NCBI GenBank assembly: GCA_016875225.1 | Contig: VGRW01000005.1 | Coordinates: 2,936 to 66,935, forward strand | DNA: 64,000 bases | Direction of reading: 5' to 3' | Source of the DNA: Deltaproteobacteria bacterium | GTDB lineage: Bacteria > Myxococcota_A > UBA9160 > SZUA-336 | In this document: in pieces, positions 54,685-64,000 of the stretch | How positions within the stretch are numbered: position 1 is the first letter of the stretch | Layout: each line of letters begins with the position of its first letter | Position numbers and translations under genes: made by a program | The notes under the pieces: model-generated | What the model was told of the DNA's origin: nothing | The model's input: only the letters and a program-made list of their open reading frames with translations | Database searches by the model: none

Positions 54685-55809
54685 GCGTGGACTCCACGAG
54701 CTCGCGGAAGCGGCGGAAGAGGTACGCAGTGTCGTGTGGACCCGGCGAGGCCTCGGGGTGGTACTGCACGGAGAAGAGCGGCAAGCGGCGATGCCGCAGC
54801 CCCTCGATCGTGTCGTCGTTCAGGTTCACGTGCGTGACTTCGACGTCTTGCGCCTTCGCGAGCGCCGCGGCATCGACCGCGAAGCCGTGGTTCTCCGAGG
54901 CGATCATCACGCGCCGGCTCTGCTCGTCGCGCGCGGGCTGGTTGGCGCCGTGGTGGCCGAAGCGGAGCTTGCGCGTCGTGCCGCCCAGCGCCAGGCCGAG
55001 GATCTGGTGGCCGAGGCAGATCCCGAAGATCGGGACTCGCGCGGCGATCAGCTCGCGCACGATCGGAATCGCGTAGCTCACCGCGGCCGGATCGCCCGGG
55101 CCGTTGGAGAGGAAGACGCCGTCCGGCGCTAGCGCGAGCGCTTCGCGGGCGGGCGTATCGGCCGGCACGACGGTCACGTCGAAGCCCGCGTTCACCAGCT
55201 CGCGCAGGATGTTCCGCTTGATCCCGTAGTCGTACGCGACGACGCGGCGGCGCGGGCCGGTCGCGGCCGCGTGCAGCGTCCACTCGGTGCCTTCGCGCCA
55301 CTCGTACGGCTTCTTGCAGGTGACCCCGTCGACGAGATTCAGCCCCGCCATCGATGGAAGGGCTCCCGCGCGGGAGCGCAGCGCTTCCAGGTCGAACGGC
55401 GCATGCGCGACGATGCCGTTCATCGCGCCGGCCGTGCGCAGCCGGCGCACCAGCGCGCGCGTGTCGATGCCCGAGATGCCCGGGACGCGATGCCGGACCA
55501 GGAACTCCTGGAGCGATTCGCGGCTGCGCCAGTTCGACGGGAAGTCCACGTGATCGCGCACCACGAAGCCGCGCAGGAACACGCCGCTCGATTCGTCGTC
55601 CAGCGGGTTGCAGCCGGTGTTGCCGATCTCGGGATAGGTCATGGCGACGATCTGCCCGGCGTAGGACGGATCGGTGAGGATCTCCTGGTATCCGCTCATT
55701 CCGGTGTGGAAGACCACCTCGCCCGCGCCTTCCATCCGCGCGCCGAATCCGGTGCCGCGGTACACGGTCCCGTCCGAGAGCACGAGCACCGCCTCGGATT
55801 TCCCCTCGC

Positions 55810-55813
<4 letters not shown>
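54677..55813 (-). CDS. carA: carbamoyl-phosphate synthase small (glutaminase) subunit
   Basis: GICLGHQ catalytic Cys, HH..N triad region. 378 aa. Overlaps carB by 8 nt. Confidence 0.95.
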
Positions 55814-57098
<1,285 letters not shown>

Positions 57099-57102
<4 letters not shown>

Positions 57103-58010
57103 CGTCCGCCTCCGGTCAGCAGGTAGAGCACCGCCATGCGCACCGCCACTCCGTTGGTCACCTGGTCGAGGATCCGCGACGGCTCTGCGTCGGCGATGTC
57201 GCTCGCGATCTCGACGCCGCGGTTGATCGGGCCGGGATGCAGCACGATCGCCTCGGGCTTGGCGAGCGCGAGCGTGCGCGCATTCAGCCCGAAGGTGCCC
57301 GCGTACTCGCGAACCGAGGGGAACAGCGCGCCGGCCAGGCGCTCCTGCTGGATCCGCAGCATCACGATCACGTCGGCTCCGGGCAGCGCTTCGGCCATCG
57401 AGTAGCAGGGCTTCACGCCCATCCCCTCGATTCCCGCGGGCATCATCGTCGGCGGCGCGGCGACGCGAACCTCGGCGCCCAGCTTGGTGAAGCAGTGGAT
57501 GTCGGAGCGCGCCACGCGGCTGTGCGAGATGTCCCCCACGATCGCCACGACCCGTCCTTCGAGCGAGCCGAGCGACTGGCGCAGCGTGAAGGCGTCGAGC
57601 AGCGCCTGGGTCGGATGCTCGTGGCAGCCGTCGCCCGCATTCACGACCGGCACCCGAACGCGCTCGGCCAGCATGTGCGGCACGCCCGCCACCGAGTCGC
57701 GCACGACGAGCACGTCGGCGCTCATCGCGGCGAGATTCCTCGCCATGTCCGCGAGGGTCTCCGCCTTCGAGAGACTCGACCCGGAGCGGGTCACGTTGAT
57801 CGCGTCGGCCGAGAGCCGCTTGGCCGCGATCTCGAAGCTCACGCGCGTGCGCGTCGACGACTCGAGGAAGACGTTGATCACGGTCCGTCCGCGCAGCGTC
57901 GGAACCCGCTTGATCTCGCGCTGCGAGATCTCGAGCATCGCCTCCGACGTCTCGAGCACGCGCTCGATCTCGTCGCGGCTCATCTCCTCGATGCCGAGCA
58001 AGTGCCTCAT
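57099..58010 (-). CDS. pyrB: aspartate carbamoyltransferase catalytic subunit
   Basis: [15 protein letters not shown], carbamoyl-phosphate/aspartate binding motifs. 303 aa. Confidence 0.95.
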
Positions 58011-58597
58011 ACGACCACGACCTCGAGCTCGCCGTCCGCCCGCTTGCGCAGCACGACCTGCTCCGCGCGCGCGGTCGGGATGTTCTTGCCCACGAAGTCG
58101 ACCTTGATCGGCAGCTCGCGGTGGCCGCGATCGACCAGCGTCGCCACTTGGATCGAGGCCGGCCGTCCGAAGTCGAGCACCGCGTCCATGGCCGCGCGGA
58201 TGGTGCGGCCGGTGAACATCACGTCGTCGACCAGCACGACGCGCTTCCCGTCGACGGAGAACGGCATTCGCGTCGGCCGGGGCATGGGGCGCACTCCGCG
58301 CGCGACGACGTCGTCGCGGTAGAGCGTGATGTCGAGCGCGCCGAGCGGAATCGTCCGCGTCGAGAGCTGCTCGAGGCGCGCGGTCACGAGCTTGGCGACC
58401 GGCTCGCCGCCTCTAACGATCGCGACGACGACGAGCTCCGAGACGTCCGGCTGGCTCTCGAGGATCTCGTGCGCGATCCGGGTCGTGGCGCGCTGGATTC
58501 CCGCGGCGTCGAGGACGACACGGCCCTTGGCGAGCTCTCGCTCGGGTCCGCGCTCGGCCGCGGTCTGGGATCCTGCCGGAGTCTCCGGGTTGCTCAT
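58007..58597 (-). CDS. pyrR: bifunctional pyrimidine operon regulator / uracil phosphoribosyltransferase PyrR
   Basis: [78 protein letters not shown]. Only an ATG is available at 58597 (22-aa N-terminal extension). Confidence 0.93.
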   Translation of the reverse strand: MSNPETPAGSQTAAERGPERELAKGRVVLDAAGIQRATTRIAHEILESQPDVSELVVVAIVRGGEPVAKLVTARLEQLSTRTIPLGALDITLYRDDVVARGVRPMPRPTRMPFSVDGKRVVLVDDVMFTGRTIRAAMDAVLDFGRPASIQVATLVDRGHRELPIKVDFVGKNIPTARAEQVVLRKRADGELEVVVV

Positions 58598-58645
58598 TTC
58601 CGCCTTTGCCCACCTCTCGGGATGGGTTTAAAAGGAGTCGGCGCG
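58598..58645 (-). promoter_or_regulatory. PyrR-binding RNA hairpin in the pyrR leader, overlapping the RBS
   Basis: Minus-strand RNA ...UUUUAAACCCA-UCCCGAGAGG-UGGGCAAAGGCGGAA-AUG. The stem CCCA/UGGG presents UCCNGAGAGG in the loop (compare consensus ARUCCNGNGAGG and B. subtilis UCCAGAGAGGCUUGCAAGG). It is preceded by a hairpin plus a U-run after the lepB stop. Confidence 0.55.
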
Positions 58646-58671
58646 AAGCCTATCCGACGCGCTCCGGAGCG

Positions 58672-59478
58672 TCAATCTGCCGGGCCGCCGACCTTGCTCC
58701 CGATGCGGCCCCAGCGGATCTCCTCGACTTGGAACGTCACCACTCGCCAGAGCGTGAAGAACAGATCGCCGATGAAGCTGCGCGGCGCCTGCTCCGCCGA
58801 GGCGACGACCCAGGACCAATGGATCAGAAACGCGCGGCCCTTGATCTGCTCCGGCGAGACGAACGGGTGATCCCAGAGCCGGCTGTCGCGGGAGTTGTCG
58901 CGGTTGTCGCCCATCATGAAGTAGTGGCCTTCCGGGACGAGCCATGGCCCGCGCCGGTCGGCGGGTCCGGCGATCTGCCCCGGGGCCTGCAGGACCGTGT
59001 ACTCCAGGCCCTCGGGATTCCGCTCCCGGTAGCGTGCGGCCGAGCCCGGACTCGAAGATCCGTCCGACGGCATCGCGTACGCGCCCTCGTCGATGCGATC
59101 GACGAGCTGGCCGTTCAGCCAGAGCCTGCGGTCGATGATCTGGATCCGGTCGCCGGGCAATCCGATCACGCGCTTGATGTAGTCCTGGCTCGGATCGTCG
59201 GGCCAGCGGAACACGACCACGTCCCCGCGCGAGGGCGGACGCTCGCCGAAGAGCAGCGTGCCGGTGATCGGCAGGCGCACGCCGTAGGAGAACTTGTTCA
59301 CCAGCACGTAATCGCCGACCAGAAGCGTGGGGATCATCGATCCGGACGGGATCTTGAACGGCTCGACCACGAAGGAGCGAATCGCCAGCGCGATCAGCGC
59401 AGCCCAGAGAATCGCGCGCAGCGTCTCGAAGCGCGGCTTCGCGGGCGCGCCGGCTTCGGTCGATTCGGATTTCGCCAC
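58672..59478 (-). CDS. lepB: signal peptidase I
   Basis: TM anchor, catalytic IPSGSMIPTL (Ser) and RVIGLPGD (Lys box), GDNRDNSRDSR. Confidence 0.93.
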   Translation of the reverse strand: MAKSESTEAGAPAKPRFETLRAILWAALIALAIRSFVVEPFKIPSGSMIPTLLVGDYVLVNKFSYGVRLPITGTLLFGERPPSRGDVVVFRWPDDPSQDYIKRVIGLPGDRIQIIDRRLWLNGQLVDRIDEGAYAMPSDGSSSPGSAARYRERNPEGLEYTVLQAPGQIAGPADRRGPWLVPEGHYFMMGDNRDNSRDSRLWDHPFVSPEQIKGRAFLIHWSWVVASAEQAPRSFIGDLFFTLWRVVTFQVEEIRWGRIGSKVGGPAD

Positions 59479-59488
59479 GCTGCCCCGC

Positions 59489-61290
<1,802 letters not shown>

Positions 61291-61294
<4 letters not shown>

Positions 61295-62238
61295 GCTTTG
61301 GAACGTCCGAGCTCGGCCTCGAAATAGGGCAGCGTCCGGCGCAGGCCCTCGTCGGGCGTGACCGCGGGCTCCCAGCCGAGCACGCGCCGCGCCAGGCTGA
61401 TGTCGGGCCGGCGCACCTTCGGATCGTCGGGCGGCAGGTCGCGGTGCACCACGCTCGCGCTCACGCCCGCGATCTTGGCGATCCGCTCCGCGACCTCGAG
61501 CACGGTCATCTCCTGGGGATTTCCGATGTTGACCGGACCGACGTAGTCGCAGGCGAGCAGGCGCACGATGCCCTCGACCAGGTCCGAGACGTAGTTGATG
61601 CTTCGCGTCTGCTGGCCGTCGCCGAAGACCGTGAGATCCTCGCCGCGCAGCGCCTGGCTGAAGAACGCGGGAATCATGCGGCCGTCGTCGGGCCGCATTC
61701 CGGGTCCGTAGGTGTTGAAGATGCGCACGATGCGGACGTCGACGCCGTGATAGCGGTGGTAGGCCATCGTCATCGCCTCGGCGAAGCGCTTGGCCTCGTC
61801 GTAGACGCCGCGGATGCCGACCGGGTTCACGTTTCCCCAGTACGTTTCCGGCTGCGGGTTCACCTCCGGATCGCCGTAGCACTCCGAGGTCGAGGCCAGC
61901 AGGAAGCGCGCGCCCTTCTCCTTGGCGACGCCGAGCGCGTTGTGCGTGCCGAGCGCGCCGACCTTCAGGATCTGGATCGGAAGTCGCTCGAAGTCGATCG
62001 GGCTCGCGGGCGATGCGAAGTGCAGCACCGCGTCGAGCGGCCCGGGAACGTGGATGAAGTTCGTCACGTCGTGCTTCACGAAGCGGAAGCGATCCTGGCC
62101 GAACAGGTCCTCGATGTTCCGGAGCCGGCCGGTGAGCAGATTGTCCATGCACACGACTTCCCAGCCGTCGGCGAGGAAACGCCGGCACAGGTGCGAGCCG
62201 ATGAAGCCGGAGCCTCCCAGGATCAGCGCCCTACGCAT
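61291..62238 (-). CDS. NAD-dependent sugar-nucleotide decarboxylase/epimerase, UDP-glucuronate decarboxylase (UDP-xylose synthase)-like
   Basis: [19 protein letters not shown] (Rossmann), YDEAKR (YxxxK catalytic), 315 aa. Typical UXS/ArnA-C-terminal-like sequence. Confidence 0.88.
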
Positions 62239-63139
62239 CCCGTCCCTCCCGTTCCGCGTCGAGGTATCCCCCGAGCGCCTCGCGCCAGTGTGGCAGCGAA
62301 AGACCCAGCCCCCGCGCCCGCTCGAGCCCGAGCACGCCGTACGCCGGCCGCGCGGCCGGCCGCGGCATCTCGCGGCTCGGGATCGCGAGCACCTCGACGC
62401 GCGGATTCAATCCGCGTCGAGCACCCTCGTCGACGACCGCGCGCGCGAAATCGAACCACGATGCCACTCCCTCGCAGGCGAGATGGAGTCGCCCGCGGGC
62501 GCCGACCTCGACCGCTCGGAAGATCGCGCGTGCCAGCGCCGTCGTCCACGTCGGCCGGCCGAGCTGATCCTCGACCACGCGAAGCGGTCCGCCCTGCGCC
62601 GCGGCGCGCAGGATCGTCCGAACGAAGTTCGGCCCCGGCCCGAAGACCCACTGGGTACGGACGACCAGAAACTCGCCGCCGGCGCGGGCGACCGCTCGTT
62701 CGCCCTCGAGCTTGCTGCGCCCGTACACGCCGGCAGGTGCGGTCCGGGCGTTCTCGGGAATCGGCTTGTGTGCGCGGCCGCCGAACACGTAGTCCGTCGA
62801 GACGTGCACGAGCAGCGGCCCGCCCGCGCAGGCGGCAGCGAGCACCTCGGGCCCGACGGCGTTGGCCCGCCGCGCGGTCTCCGGCTCGCTCTCGCAGCGA
62901 TCGACGGCGGTGAACGCAGCGCAGTTCAGGACCACGTCGGGACGAAGCCGCACTAGCGCAGCCTTCACCGACGCAGCATCCGCGATGTCGAGCTCGTCGT
63001 GGCGTGCGCCCAGCGCGCAGATCCGGTTCGCGCCCGCGAGCGCCAGGACTGCGCGGCCCAGCTGGCCGCCCGCCCCCGTCACGAGCCAACGCGAAGCCGG
63101 CGTCGCGTCGGCTGGCGAGCTCTCGGCCATCCGACTCAC
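62231..63139 (-). CDS. rmlD: dTDP-4-dehydrorhamnose reductase
   Basis: [43 protein letters not shown]. 302 aa. Confidence 0.85.
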   Translation of the reverse strand: MSRMAESSPADATPASRWLVTGAGGQLGRAVLALAGANRICALGARHDELDIADAASVKAALVRLRPDVVLNCAAFTAVDRCESEPETARRANAVGPEVLAAACAGGPLLVHVSTDYVFGGRAHKPIPENARTAPAGVYGRSKLEGERAVARAGGEFLVVRTQWVFGPGPNFVRTILRAAAQGGPLRVVEDQLGRPTWTTALARAIFRAVEVGARGRLHLACEGVASWFDFARAVVDEGARRGLNPRVEVLAIPSREMPRPAARPAYGVLGLERARGLGLSLPHWREALGGYLDAEREGRDA

Positions 63140-63807
63140 TCCGATGTCGCCCAGGTATCGAAGCCGACGCCACGCAAACGCTTGGCGAGATCCTCCGAGC
63201 TCTCTCCCGTGCCGGGCCGGACGCGCACGCGGAAGCGGCCGTTCTGGGCCGCAGGCTGGCTCACGTACGCGTCGAAGCCGCTGCCCCCGAGCTTTGCGAC
63301 CAGCTCCTCGGCCGGCTTGCGCTCGACGAACGAGGCGACCTGCACGACGGCGCTCTGCGGCCGCGGAGCAGCCGGTGGCTCGGCAGGATCGCCGGCAGGC
63401 ACGGGTGGCGGCTCGGCGACAGGAGCTGCGGCGACTGGCGGCGCAGGCTCGAGCTCGGCGGGGGGAACCCGCTCGGGCGGCGGCTCGAGCTCTGGCTCCG
63501 GCTTCGCTTCGGCAGGCTCGCCCGAGGGCTTCGGCCGTTTGCCCTCTTGCAGCTCTCCGAAGCGCTCCAGCGGAGCGCTCGCCGCGGATCCCGCCGCCTT
63601 CGCGGGGGCGGGCGTGCCGAGCTCGACCGTCTCGACCGGCCCGCGCAGCCGCTCGAGCAGAAGTCGCGGCGTCTCGGTGAGCGAGCCGATCACGATTCCG
63701 AGGCAGGCGCCCAATGCGATCAGCCCGGCACCGTAGGCGAAGCGCAGCAGCAGAGCGCCGGTCGGCCGGCCGCGAGTCCCGCGCTCCTCGTCGTCGTGTC
63801 TGGGCAT
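63136..63807 (-). CDS. SPOR-domain protein (septal peptidoglycan-binding, DedD/FtsN-like)
   Basis: N-terminal TM LLLRFAYGAGLIALGACLGIVIG, Pro/Glu/Ala-rich linker, C-terminal SPOR VVQVASFVERKPAEELVAKLGGSGFDAYV...GRFRVRVRPG. Confidence 0.75.
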   Translation of the reverse strand: MPRHDDEERGTRGRPTGALLLRFAYGAGLIALGACLGIVIGSLTETPRLLLERLRGPVETVELGTPAPAKAAGSAASAPLERFGELQEGKRPKPSGEPAEAKPEPELEPPPERVPPAELEPAPPVAAAPVAEPPPVPAGDPAEPPAAPRPQSAVVQVASFVERKPAEELVAKLGGSGFDAYVSQPAAQNGRFRVRVRPGTGESSEDLAKRLRGVGFDTWATSE

Positions 63808-63810
63808 CCG

Positions 63811-64000
63811 CTACATCCTCTCCGGCGCCTCGATGCCGAGCAGCCCGAGGCCGCTGGCGAGCGCAATTCGCACCGCCGAAACCAGGGCGAGCCGAGCGCT
63901 CGACAGCTCGCGGTCCTGTGACACCACCCGGTGCCGCTTCCCGTCCGAGACGTAGGTGTTGAAGCCGTTCGCGAGCTCGAGCAGGTAGCGCGCGATCTCC
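63811..64000 (-). CDS. argS: arginine--tRNA ligase, C-terminal fragment (window edge)
   Basis: Reverse translation ends ...EIARYLLELANGFNTYVSDGKRHRVVSQDRELSSARLALVSAVRIALASGLGLLGIEAPERM*, matching the conserved ArgS C-terminus (...LLGI.APE.M). Confidence 0.85.
   Translation of the reverse strand, partial: EIARYLLELANGFNTYVSDGKRHRVVSQDRELSSARLALVSAVRIALASGLGLLGIEAPERM

Overview
This 64 kb window is GC-rich (about 70%) chromosomal DNA from a diderm bacterium and is almost entirely coding. The gene content (PilT, LepB, Tat-exported molybdoenzyme, c-di-AMP cyclase CdaA/CdaR, many Hanks and His kinases) looks like Deltaproteobacteria/Myxococcota or a related GC-rich lineage. I could not run searches, so I can only suggest phylum, not assign it.

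Most of the window is housekeeping genes on the minus strand in long co-directional strings with 1- or 4-nt start/stop overlaps:
- mnmA(partial)-iscS
- lysC-tsaE-nnr-acpS-pdxJ-glmM-cdaR-cdaA-folP-ftsH-tilS
- ribE-glpX-thrC-hom-aminotransferase-lipA-recG
- carB-carA-pyrC-pyrB-pyrR, then lepB-lepA, a UDP-xylose-synthase-like gene, rmlD, a SPOR gene and argS (partial)

The accessory-looking parts are:
- a Ser/Thr kinase with a novel short repeat array, next to a MaoC dehydratase, an acyl-CoA synthetase and a di-heme peroxidase;
- tRNA-Met(CAU)-msrA-thiC;
- a four-gene periplasmic type-II DMSO-reductase-family molybdoenzyme operon (Tat alpha, 4x[Fe-S] beta, EB_dh-like gamma, TorD/NarJ-like delta that appears frameshifted) of unknown substrate;
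- a HIT / small membrane protein / dGTPase / 891-aa protein with a long Arg-Gly/acidic disordered linker and DHH-like motifs / QueE string;
- three secreted proteins of unknown function divergent from pilT plus a His-less histidine-kinase-like protein;
- two micro-ORFs for extremely basic peptides (one bS22-like) with their own terminators;
- a V4R/PAS histidine kinase with a TPR protein.

The many very long ORFs in the six-frame track that lie antisense to these genes are GC-driven artefacts. I found no CRISPR array, transposase or integrase.
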